Assembly: GCA_030141605.1 (NCBI GenBank)
Contig: JAQGDQ010000276.1
Location: 243,270-307,269, forward strand
DNA length: 64,000 nucleotides
Direction of reading: 5' to 3'
Source of the DNA: Tubiluchus corallicola
Taxonomy: Eukaryota > Animalia > Priapulida
Shown piece after piece: positions 38,501 through 64,000 of this stretch. The position numbers and the translations under genes were made by a program. The notes beneath the pieces were generated by a model. The model worked only from the letters and a program-made list of their open reading frames with translations. It had not been told where the DNA came from and made no database searches. Position 1 is the stretch's first letter. Every line of letters starts with the position of its first letter.

Positions 38501-41500
38501 GACATCAACTTTTTTCCGATCATCACAAAGTATGCATACATTTATGATATAAAATCCATTTTACACAAATTTTGTAAAGTTCATTTAAATTTTAAAGTGC
38601 AATGACACAAACACGTAAATGCCAACATTTGGCAGCTTCGTAAACACAAACAATAAAGTGTACATGCATGCATTTTATTGAACAATGTAAATAACATTAC
38701 TTACTTACCTAATGTTTGTAACATAATATTTTCGTTCATAATTAGTTGCTGAGCTTGTTCAAGGTATTCCTAAAAACCCAAATCAAAAGCATTTAATGCA
38801 GTGAAATGAAGTATAAAAGTACCGCTATTTCCTAAAGAGATACAGCTAGTTGATTAACTATTTAATGCAGGCGGGTTGTAAAACTGCTAATGACACGAAC
38901 CTTCGGTTCTATGAAGGATAAAATAACTCATACAAAAGTCTGCAAAAGTGTCCCTTGGTCAGAATTTGAGCCGGAGGCCCAAGCGCAGATGGTGAAGTGG
39001 GTGAAGCTGAGTCAGTTGCTACTACATCAGCTGACTCGCACAGTAAATCAACTAGCTCAGCTCAGGTTGACTGACTTTTCAGCTGATTTGGCATAAAGAA
39101 AAAAATCAGCTAAGTGTCAGCTAAAGCAGCAAGTTTTTGTTAACAAAATAAATGACAAATTGTTAGTTAACTGTTAAATTATGGAGACAAATTTTTTAAA
39201 TAACTCGTGTTGCTTATACACAGGAAAAAGCTGATAAACACAAATGATGCATTAGAGATCAATTTTTTATTATTATAAAAAAGCTTTGGATTTTTTGCAA
39301 ATATAATTTAAATTCAACTCTTGGTGAGGCTTATCTTGATTACCAACAAATTACCAACAAATACCAAAACACCAAAATGATCCTATACATGTGGCTAACG
39401 TTGCCTATTTGTGTATTTAATTTTGAATTGACCGCAAACCCGCAATGCGTTTGCCATATTTCAACCAGTGATTTACAGTGTCGTGTGATTATCGCAAGGC
39501 AAAAATCTTCACAGCCGGCAAAAATGTCGGCTAGCTTGACTGCCATCACTGAGTGGCTGGCGCGACTAAAGCTGGGTTTCTTATCAGCTAGGTCGACTGC
39601 AGAAATAAACCGGCCCGAGCTCAGCTGAAACAACGCGGCTTGGGCTATATCCATACCTGATGCAAACGCTTTACAAGTAGCTAGAATCACCTACCTCACT
39701 TTTTGTGTCAACAGGTTTTGCCCTCGCCTCTCGGTTCAGACACATATGCTGCACAGTTATCACATGTTCAAGTTTCCTGGGTTGTTCCTCAACTTTGGCG
39801 GCAAGAAATAGAGCACAGGCTGCTATTTGCTGTAAAAATAGCTTTGTTACAGCAAGTAAAAATAATTCCGATGAAAACGCTTCATACATCCTGATTTAAG
39901 GCTCTAACAAACACAGAGAAACTCTAGTATTAAAAGCCACATCCACTAGGATGTAACAATTTACTAGTAATAGCCACCTAGCTGATGCTTATCAGAGCAA
40001 ACATCACAAATTTAATTATTAGCTTGGAAAGTTATTAAACAAAAACACAAACAAAATGTGAAACTCAAACATGATTTTAATAGGTTTGCTATCCATGATT
40101 GAAAATATTAATAAGGCAAAGATTAGAAGTGGAATCATGGATATACACTCATATCTTGGTTTGCCGGGCAAAAGAGGGGAGACGTCGGTCCGAATTTCCA
40201 GATTGTCCGTATTTACCGATGTTAATTCTAATACAGTAGATGCCATGTATTAGACTCATGGCAATGTAGAATCAATCAGCTAATTGTCTCAAAAACGTCT
40301 AGTACCGGTCGCTCCTATGCAAAAGTGTATAAAAACTGTCGGCAATTGACTCAAATAATTTTATATTGACGCACAATTGACCCCACATTTTTTCTGCACA
40401 CGCTTAAATCAGGGATAAGAATGACAAATTGCAAAAAACTGTGAAACAGGCTGGGGTTTTTGGGGCCACATAGGCCCCCTTGGAGCCAGCAACAAATTGC
40501 TATTTTCTGACCGTAGAGAACCTTCTAAGTGGAATTAAAATATCAATTACCTTGTTTCACGCATTATTTAAAATACCCAACTATCAAGGATACATGAAAG
40601 CTAATTGTCTCAAAAACGCCTAAGTACTGGCCACTCCTATGCAAAAGTATATAAAAACTGTCTGCAATTGACTCAAATAACTCCGCACAATTGATTCTAT
40701 GTTTTTATACATAGATATACACGTGGTTACACTAATGTACTTGATGTAAACAAAGTGACGGCCTGCCAACTAGCGGTCAGCTAGCGAAATAATCTACTGG
40801 GTCCGTAAAAATTTTCTCAACGAATTTACGCGATTTACAAAAATGGCACTACTGGTCTTCCAAAAACTCGGAATTCCGCGTATCCGCGGAAAATTCTCAT
40901 CCCTGTTAAATAAGATACTTTTATATGAGCTTACATAAGATACCAATGAGCTTTTACTACTTTTATGCATCTTACTTTGCTTCTCTGCACTATAATATAC
41001 ATAGAAACAATCATGTTAAGTAGTCGTTACATGCTGTTTGGTTACACTGACGTAACGATGTAAACTAAGTGACGGCCCGCAAACTAGCGGTCAGCTCGTG
41101 AAACTCTGTGTCCGCAGTATGTGCGACTCTTGGACAGTCTAGATTTTATCCAATTCTTCCGATATCCATAAAAGCGAGGTCCGGCAAACCGAGATACGAG
41201 TGTACTAGTCAAAATTCTGCTTTCTTACATTTGCTAAATAATGGACATTTTGCAGCCCATTACGGGTTGGTTCCTTAGTGTAAACAAAGTTGTTGTCAGT
41301 TTACTGTTTACATTGAAGAAGCAACATGTAACGGGCTGCGAAATATCTGTTGTTCAGCACAAATAAACAAACGGAATTTTGACAAGCACATCCGTGTTTT
41401 CATCTGTAATTTTTGTTTTACAAACATGAATTTGCTCTAAGACGTGCAACTCTAATGCCGCCTTATCATACTTACATTTCGATGAAACTTTGTGAAAGCA

Positions 41501-44160
41501 TGAAACATGTAAAATCTGTGCATGTAAACTATAGCTGTGTTGATGCATAGCTGCGTCCTGTACACAAAGGTTAAGAAAAACAAGAAACAGTACTTTACTG
41601 CACCAGTACAGACACATAAAAATAGCAAAACCATCGACAGACCAGTGCAAGTACCAAGAGACACATGATAGAAATTGCAAAATAATGAAAGACAAAGAAA
41701 CAGCTTAGCATTACGTAACTAGAAAACCAAATGGTAGCAGCTGTATTTATACAGCTGTATTTATATCATATCTCAAAAAAATCACGCGTTATTGAGCTCT
41801 GGATTTGGTAAGGCTTCCACTTGGATTCAGAATAAACTTATATTTAAATGGGGCCTGGCAAGTGTATGGTTTTAATAATTAAAGCACAAGAAAACACTGT
41901 TCATAAAAACTTGAAAAATTGTCTTCAAATCTTATTGCATACGGAAACTGCATTAGTAGTAACACTGTATAGAACTTGTAAATTTAAACTCCCGCGATGA
42001 CCGTTGGGCAAAGCCATTCTAATAGTGAATCAAAAGAAACAAGTTTAAATAACATTACGTAAAGTTTGAAGAAATGATCAGAACGTGCATAGCGTACTTT
42101 TGACTAACTAAGCAGAAGTTTAAATTACTCTATATTATAAATAAGATCAATGATGTGTTCTTAGTGAATCAGTGGTGCATGCTGGGATGGCAATGCAGTG
42201 CCAGTTTACTAGGTGACTTGAATATTTTAACTAAGAAGAATTTTCTATTCCAATTACAAAAGTCTTTCAACGACATTGTAAGCTAACTAATGTAACGTTG
42301 TATGGAAACCTCTTTGGGATATATATGTTAGAATGGTTGTTTCTTTTCATCTAAGCGTTGCTTCTTATAATTTTACATTCTCCCTCAATAAAGAAATAAA
42401 ATAAGGTAGTTTTTGTGGCTGTGACCCATCTAATTGCTAATCAAGCATAATGCTGCTTAACTTACATAGTCAAGCATATACCCTGATCTCAAAGTTATTC
42501 CACTTACACTTTATTTCACATATGTTTACAGGTGACAATGTTAAAGCCTTATCGGTGTTCTTTATGTATGCGACGTTTGGTGATCAGCGCACAGGTATTT
42601 AACAAAACATTCTGATGCACGTAATAGTAGGTCACTCATGAATAAGACAAATTTAAAAAGAGTGACCAGAGAACTGATCCTCGCGAAATTCTTACAGTGA
42701 TTCCTACATTACCAAAAAATAGCAGCTTCATAAGCAACTGATCTTCACACTAAACAATTAAAACGAATAAACAACTGGAAAAACACCATTAACTTGCAGA
42801 TACTTAAACACATTAAAATCAACTGTTTATCTCAATACTGGACAATAGTTAATCATTGGGAGGCCTGCCTATAATGTTATGAAAATCACAGACAAAATAC
42901 CGAATTTTAAAAAAGGAAAATGAAATGGAACAGAGAAAATACTGCACACAGAAAGGATCATGAACAGATGATAAAAACTATAGGCGCAGTACAATCAGTT
43001 TCAGCCAACTGTTGTGAGTTCGTCACAGCGTTGCGGTTGAGTCAATTAATGGTATCTAAGGCGCTATTACACTTTCGCACCGCCTAGCTTTTCCTGGCCT
43101 ATTGGTTGTTTTCATGCCTGCAGGCCAGAAAGCAGACCAACAGGCGTAATATACACCATATTCCCATAATATTATTGCTTCTTGCGCTTTATAAGTCCAG
43201 ATTAAAATCATGCATTACTTACCTACAGCCCCCATTAAAAGCTGCACGTGAATAACCGTGTTTACATCACTGATGCGCAATCGCTCTCGCGCAGTGACGT
43301 TTATGGCCCTTAACCTGTATTTTTGGTTTCTTCGCATAATTTATGATTATTAGGGTTGCAGCTACGGAAGTTTGTATCGTACCGGGGGAAATTATTTTGG
43401 ACCACTACAGTTATTTATCATTAATTTTATTTATTACTGTAGTATTATTACTATTAGATTATAAAAAAAGTAAAGGTTTTTTCTTTATTTTGTAAATGCG
43501 GTGAAGATGAAAGTGTGTCACGTGCCTTTTAAGCTAGGCCCTGAAAATGCATAAACTAGTACGAAATTTGTCACGTGACTACACACACAAACAAGATGGC
43601 GATACGCCCTGTATAGGCGTAGAACTGTGAATACAGCGTAATTATTGGTAATTATACCTAAATATATTATTAAATTACAATTAGATTAGCGGAAACATTC
43701 ACTGATGATGTAAGAAAAATAGAATGATGACTTACGAGCCTGAAAACGAGTAATAACCTATAAAAAGCTAGGCGGTGCGAAAGTGTAATAGCGCCGGTAT
43801 CTAATCTCTCGTGAAGCATTATGTAAGACAGGTAGACCAACATTTGAAGGAAGTGAAAGACTGGAAAATAAGCTTATTGAAGTTCTTGACCTGGTAAAGC
43901 CTTGCAACTTTTGTCGAAATGGTAAATTTAACGCAAATTAAATATTGGCTTTTTTATTGCACAACGTGGTGAAATTTTTATAAACATTTCACAAAAAATA
44001 GAAAAGGATACACGGTAAGTCGCTGTCCCATATCTTGAATCAAGTTAGCTGCTTGTTGCCTATATGAAAGTTCTTTTTCTGCATCTACACCACATTTACG
44101 AGACGGTGTATTTTGAATTTGTTCTCTGGTAAAATACCACCGTTCATTCGAAGCCGCCAT
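26539..44160 (-). CDS. CCNT: Cyclin T (P-TEFb/CDK9 regulatory subunit)
   Basis: Exons 44160-44012, 41557-41476, 39829-39695, 38769-38709, 37556-37494, 37374-37329, 36244-36154, 32958-32886, 29624-29551 and 28341-26539; 2577 nt, 858 aa. Cyclin box [14 protein letters not shown]...[79 protein letters not shown]. His-rich tract and PPPLPP C-terminus in the last exon. Confidence 0.96.
28590..28652. repeat. (AAC/AAT)n microsatellite
   Basis: Directly visible in the last cyclin T intron. Confidence 0.85.
29011..29380. repeat. 80-bp tandem repeat (~3.5 copies) after a PIF/Harbinger-like left end
   Basis: CACACTAGAC recurs at 29171, 29251 and 29331, preceded by TAA|GGGCCCGTTCAGACT. No matching right TIR was found, so the Harbinger call is weak. 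Confidence 0.75.
29730..31462. repeat. 33-bp minisatellite (~52 units) in cyclin T intron 8
   Basis: Unit ATGCCCCGCAAAGGCAGGACGTATTCACTTAGA with point variants. It gives the stop-free ORF 29881-31485, (MPRKGRTYS[P/L]R)n. Confidence 0.97.
32290..32769 (+). mobile_element. Internally deleted (bipartite) RTE-clade LINE copy
   Basis: The RTE 5'-UTR-like GGTCAGGAAGGGCATCCGCCTGTAAAAAC is joined to the C-terminal ORF piece [18 protein letters not shown]...[19 protein letters not shown]. (GAA)n tail; 13-bp TSD ACTAAATAAATAA (32277-32289, 32770-32782). Confidence 0.82.
33400..33850 (+). repeat. Diverged interspersed repeat, related to ~49780-50230
   Basis: Colinear shared blocks: CAGTAGATGGCTCT vs CAGCAGATGGCTCT, ACTATCAGAGTTTAAAAATA vs ACTATCGGAGTTTGAAAATA, AAAAAACAAAAATTG, TCTACTTTG.AGT.TCATAAC. 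Ends not defined. Confidence 0.6.
34602..35262. mobile_element. pogo/Tigger-type MITE with internal 80-bp tandem expansion (~7 copies)
   Basis: TA|CAGTTAAACCTCGTTATAA at the left and GGTATAAAGAGGTTCTCATTG|TA at the right (degenerate TIR). TATAATACCA recurs every 80 bp from 34711. Confidence 0.8.
35618..35983 (+). mobile_element. TA-flanked MITE, short copy (family of 40146-41202)
   Basis: TA|CAATCATGTCTCGGTTTGCCAG at the left and CCGTCAAACCAAGATACGAGTG|TA at the right. Internal similarity to 40146-41202. Confidence 0.75.
36449..36910 (+). mobile_element. hAT-like MITE with 13-bp TIR CAGGGATGAGAAT, copy 1
   Basis: Perfect TIRs CAGGGATGAGAAT and ATTCTCATCCCTG. Body highly similar to 40410-40905. 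No TSD visible on this copy. Confidence 0.8.
37039..37266. repeat. Diverged two-copy tandem duplication (~125 bp)
   Basis: CTACGGAA.GAATTTAT...TAAACT.GATTA...GGGAGTTTAATT...TAACTGAAAAA occurs twice. Confidence 0.7.
37680..38140 (-). mobile_element. 3' fragment of a LINE (RTE-X-like ORF2 C-terminus)
   Basis: ORF 37806-38135 reads [15 protein letters not shown]....LKVAYN..RKLF....SAS...RK...SEN and is followed by an A-rich tail on the minus strand. It is homologous to the 63150-64000 fragment. Confidence 0.7.
40146..41202 (+). mobile_element. TA-flanked MITE, long copy containing a nested element
   Basis: TA|CACTCATATCTTGGTTTGCCGG at the left and CCGGCAAACCGAGATACGAGTG|TA at the right (22-bp TIR, 2 mismatches). 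Confidence 0.82.
40410..40905 (+). mobile_element. hAT-like MITE (CAGGGAT.AGAAT TIR), copy 2, nested in 40146-41202
   Basis: TIRs CAGGGATAAGAAT and ATTCTCATCCCTG, flanked by TTAAAT on both sides (possible 6-bp TSD). Confidence 0.8.
41558..44011 (-). other. U12-type (minor spliceosome) GT-AG intron, cyclin T intron 1
   Basis: 5' end GTATCCTTTT (44011-44002). Branch-site-like TTCTTAAC lies ~12 nt upstream of the acceptor (TTTTTCTTAACCTTTGTGTACAG). The phase-2 join restores RLTV/TQLC. Confidence 0.92.
43060..43795. mobile_element. Mutator-like (MULE) MITE
   Basis: Perfect TIR GGCGCTATTACACTTTCGCACCGCCTAGCTTTT and 9-bp TSD GGTATCTAA (43051-43059, 43796-43804). Confidence 0.92.
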
Positions 44161-45693
44161 TACCTAGACATTTGTGTCCCGCACCTTCAAGCTGCGGGCT
44201 GACACTACTTGTTTAATTTTATTTATTAATTTATTGTGAAGAGAAAAAACACTTTTAGGTTTCCAGGTTAAAACTGCGTCAACCAGTTTAATACTTTAAT
44301 TATTTATTGTTAACAAGGATGCGATAAAAGACGATTTTGTAATTTACTTTTTGTAAAACGTAACAATTTTTTAATTCAATTCAAACAGGTTTTTTTTCAA
44401 TGCGGCTGAAGTACAAAAATACAATATGCAATTATTTAATTAATAGATATTAGAATTTAAGGAATTTAAGTTGGTTTGCGCAGTATCGTGTTTTCATCAC
44501 AGCAGAAAATTGATTAATTTCGCTAGCTTTGAATGTTCTATGAATTTGCGATTTAAGGCGAACAGGAACTATAGTGATTCCTGGAATTACAGAAATACAG
44601 TAAGTGTGTGATTCCTGGAATCATAGGAACTGTAGTAAACTCACCTAAGTTACAGCATTTTCCACTTTTCATATTTATCAGCCTGTATGAGTTACTTTAT
44701 CTGTGTATAAGTGAAAATATTAGGCTAAGGAAAAGAAATGCTCCAAAATATTATATTTTTTTATTGAGTTTCATTGAATATCAACTATTCTTGAACAAAC
44801 TGACCACTGCTGTTTGTTATCTGACTGAAATGGTATTGAATACCATTGATTGGAAAGCTGAACTTTGGCGATACTGTATTATGATCATTTGATTTCTTTA
44901 TATTTTTTCATGAGTTTCATGGTCTTTCTGGTAAACTTTTTTGTCCTAGCGCAAGTCACTAAAACATTTCTTGTGTCATTAGTTTTACAAGTACAATTTT
45001 TTAATATTTTTTAAATAATTCGCTCTGTTTTTCTAGTGATACTTTCTAGATGGATGCCAGTTATATTTCCTTAAAGAAAAGGACAAGTCACTTTGAATGT
45101 TAGACTTAATCTTATCACTTACACTTAGGAAAGTATGGCAAAGAAATTTGCAGAAAAGCTGTATATAAAACGTAAAATTAAGTTATGCTGCAATTGTACA
45201 GACTATAAATTTTCAAATGCAGTGATAGCCACCATTACACTTGAAAATTATGACATAACGGTTGAACTTTGTGGCTTTTTGTAAGCCCATCATTGTGTAT
45301 GATGCTGCTTAAAGTAATTGCAGCTCTTGCAGCTTACCTAATGTACATGCAAAAATAATTAAAATATGATAAAATGAGCTATCTAATTTTTTTGTAAAAA
45401 CTTATTATACTTTTGATGGAAATTTACAGTGCCATGCTTTTTCTTCAGTAGCTGAATGACGTGATTGTGAAAAAATGGGCATTCAAAATGGGACCGTCCA
45501 AGCGTGAAATGATAGTGACTTTGAAGTGATTTTGCTAATTATATGGTGCACTTATCACACTTCCTTCTAACATTTTTCGCCAAGGTTTAAATGAGCCCAG
45601 CTGCTCAGAAGGCTTGACCTTTCTTTTAATTTCATTGAAATACATGAGAGTTATTTTATGTATAGGCAAGTGCTGATAATGCTAAAACCTTTT

Positions 45694-46187
45694 TGATGCA
45701 ATCAATAATCTAACTCAATACGTGCTTGATGCAATCAATAATCTAACTCAATACGTTCTTGATGCAATCAATAATCTAACTCAATATGTTCTTGATGCAA
45801 TCAATAATCTAACTCAATACGTTCTTGATGCAATCAATAATCTAACTCAATACGTTCTTGATGCAATCAATAATCTAACTCAATACGTTCTTGATGCAAT
45901 CAATAATCTAACTCAATACGTTCTTGATGCAATCAATAATCTAACTCAATACGTTCTTGATGCAATCAATAATCTAACTCAATACGTTCTTGATGCAATC
46001 AATAATCTAACTCAATACGTTCTTGATGCAATCAATAATCTAACTCAATACGTTCTTGATGCAATCAATAATCTAACTCAATACGTTCTTGATGCAATCA
46101 ATAATCTAACTCAATACGTTCTTGATGCAATCAATAATCTAACTCAATATGTTCTTGATGCAATCAATAATCTAACTCAATATGTTC
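45694..46187. repeat. 33-bp minisatellite (~15 copies) inside a LINE endonuclease remnant
   Basis: Unit TGATGCAATCAATAATCTAACTCAATACGTTCT. The frame (VLDAINNLTQY)n runs directly into HWHICGDFNLREVD. Confidence 0.93.
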
Positions 46188-47226
46188 ATTGGCATATTTG
46201 TGGAGACTTTAATCTCCGTGAGGTCGACTAAACCTTCACATTTTCCCTACTTCGGTGTATGAAATCCGGCAATCCAGCATCGTATAAAGGCATTTGAGCC
46301 CCATCGCAAGTCGACCCATATTGATAACAGATATGAAGTAACTAGTGAAACTTCCTGAGATGAAGTTCTTATTTACCTGATCTCAAAGTCTAATTACCGC
46401 GCCTGACACATATATTTATAAGTAGAAGCGTAGCTCATGACAGCTGTGATTGAAAAAGCATCATTTAAATTAATTTTAAATCTGAAATGTCTACTATGTG
46501 ACCAAGTGAGGTACGTGAAAAAAATGTAGGAAAGTACAAAGACATTGGGGAGTGTAGTTTATCCATTTCACTGAATGATCTACTCACACAGTACCTGTAC
46601 TAAATTCACACAGGAAAGCTGCCCTTATGGAAATGTTACCGTTTTGCATTTCAAAAAGAAGCCACTATGTTGCTTACAATAATGCAAATTTGTTTTCAAG
46701 AAGACACCTAAACAAACAAAAATAATTCAACAAGCTCGACAGATCATTTTATTCGATGTCAGCTACAAATAACATTTTATAATAGACATTAATCAGAAAT
46801 AAGCATCTTAATGAGCTTATGCAATGTACTGCCTGCTGATCTGAGCAATCAGAAAACTGTTTGTCCCATAAGCGTCCACCTAATGTCTATGTTGACAAAC
46901 TCACATGCCAGCATCTAATCTGCTGCTCACTGTTTCATGAGAATTTATAAAATCACGATAGACAAGCTTGAGAAAGCCATCTTGTATATCGTAACAGCTT
47001 TTATATTTGTCATGTTTATATGAGCATAACAACATATGTTTGTTCAAGGGACGTGAAATTTGCTCTGAATTCATCAAAAACTGCAAAGCTAGTAGTCGTT
47101 ACACGATTTACTCATTTTGCTAAATTATGGCATGGCTTAGTATACCCGTTGTCCGCTTTTGCACGGTTTTTCCTGTCCGCTTGTGGATTGAATGCATCTT
47201 ATTAAACAACTAGCACAGCATAATTC

Positions 47227-62224
<14,998 letters not shown>

Positions 62225-63149
62225 ATTGCCGCTAGCTATTAGATCACTTTTCAATGATAATAATCTTGTTAGTTGTTAAACTCACTAACTCTGGTTACCT
62301 TAACTCTGCTTGCTCCTCAGACAACATTTTTGTCTGTAGTTTCACCTGCGAGAAAATTACTGCTTGAGCGCTTCACTCTTCTCGGGGGTCCGGCCGTCTA
62401 ATTTCGGACACCGAAACACGTATAATTGCCATCAGTAAACACTTTTGTACGTAATTCCAAGAAACGCCATGAATCGCGGTGATACGCGGGTTGCCGTTGT
62501 TCAGCGCGTAAGTCCTGGTCGCCGTATTTTCACATAGTACGGTCAGCATTCGTGGAGTCCAGCATTATTACAAGTTCATAACGTTTCCAAAAACTATCCG
62601 TGTGTACACGATGCAGTAACTGTATGAATTTGTGGCATAACTTTGTAGTTTATGTGCAAAACCAGTTACGTACTTCCTCCTAGATAAAGGAAAAACGTCA
62701 GGAAATCATTACGAACCGCGATTTTGCTTTATTTAGATAGAATACGTCGTATTGAATTTGTTGCTCGCGTGTGCATCCTTATTACTGGAGATGTGCACGC
62801 GCGTGACCTTTGCTTTGTTACGATTCCCCCATTTTGTCCCTGAATTAAGTCCAGTTGTTCTGACGTGCTAGCTTTACCTGCCGCGTCCTTTATGCATTAA
62901 ATTTTGTTATTCTGTGTGCTATACACTGTGAAGTATGACGTGTGTGCATTCTTTTGCAAATGATACTGTACGCAGTGCGTAACTAGACACAAAAATTACC
63001 AGCTAAAAGTAAATAAATTTATTTCACGCATTTAGCCACTATTATCTTCAACATTTTTATAATCATGTTTTTTCTTTTGGTGTTAATTATTAAGCCTTTG
63101 CTTTTATAGTTTTTTAAATTTTTTTAAGAATTTTTAGAATTTTCTAAAA

Positions 63150-64000
63150 TTAAATTGCAATATTTATTTTATCTCAGATATTTACAGGCCATAGAAACAC
63201 GGTTAGTTTACAGAAACATAATAAGCTTACATACAAGAAAGTGTTAGTAGAATGGGTAAATAAAATTCTTTGGCACTTAAAAATGTTCGAGCTAAAAATT
63301 GTATCATTATTGTACAGAAGTTATTAATAACAGTATTCTTACTCAAAAACAGTCTACTTCTGAGACTAAACACAGATTTCCTGCGTATACAGGAAAAACT
63401 TGGTACATTGTAGCTAAAAATCACATCAGTATTGTACAGCAAATTATTAATAACAGTATTCTGACTGAAAAACAACCTACTTCTGAGATTAAACACAGCT
63501 TTCCTACGTATGCAGGAAAAACTTGGTACATTGTATCAGTATTGTACAGCAAGTTATTAATAACAGTGTTCTAACACAAAAACAGCCTACTTCTGAGACT
63601 AAACACAGCTTTCCTACGTATGTAGGAAAAACTTGGTACATTGTAGCTAAAAATTGTATCAGTATTGTACAGCAAGTTATTAATAACAGTATTCTGATTC
63701 ATAAACAGCCTACTTCTGAGATTAAATGCAGCTTTCCTACGTATGCAGGTAAAACTTGGTACATTGCAGCTACCATGCATTTGACTTGCACTGCAGCTAC
63801 TAGGAAGATTAAAGAGTCCTCTGGTGGCATTATTAAAAGTAATACGCATTTTTTCAACATTTCGTACATCGTGATCAAAGCAGAGACTATTGCAATAAAA
63901 CTTTACAAAATGCTACAAAAAGTCGTCTCTTAACAACAGTAGAAAATTTTGTTAACTTTCTAATAATACAATTGGCTTTCGTACAGATTTTTGACTCTCG
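63150..64000 (-). mobile_element. 3' fragment of an RTE-X-like LINE with a ~110-123-bp segment repeated 4 times
   Basis: Minus-strand peptides STVVKRRLFVAFC and MRITFNNATRGLFNLPSSCSASQM, then repeated NVPSF..IRRK..F.LRSRLF...NTVINN. AAAACTTGGTACATTG recurs 4 times. Confidence 0.72.

Noticed and set aside
38975-39648. Possible Harbinger-like MITE (GGCCCAAGC...GCTTGGGCT)
   Set aside because: The inverted match is short and imperfect, with no TSD.
42415-42490. Weak reverse 5S-like fragment (GTGACCCATCTAA...GCTGCTTAACTT)
   Set aside because: Only patchy similarity, with no definable ends.

Overview
AT-rich, intron-rich animal genomic DNA, probably from an invertebrate (lophotrochozoan-like is an inference). 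It is not prokaryotic, and there is no CRISPR array or operon. I assembled three complete multi-exon genes by hand from splice sites and reading-frame phase: a FASTK-family mitochondrial RNA protein most like FASTKD4/TBRG4 (+, 9801-21032, 7 coding exons, ~624 aa), cyclin T (-, 44160-26539, 10 exons, ~858 aa, U12-type first intron) and an OATP/SLCO4-like organic anion transporter (-, 62224-47227, 12 exons, ~756 aa, two GC-AG introns). The last two exons of an unknown gene lie at 3055-5573, and the first opens with a degenerate homeodomain helix-3-like motif. Introns and intergenic DNA contain many non-autonomous transposons with readable TIRs/TSDs (hAT, Mutator, Tc1/pogo), tRNA- and 5S-derived SINEs, LINE fragments and many minisatellites. 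The most unusual structure is a ~2.5 kb array of 45-bp units that copies an SLCO exon end and its 5' splice site about 55 times. Several other arrays also arose by local amplification of pieces of LINEs or MITEs. Family assignments come from recalled motifs, not database searches.
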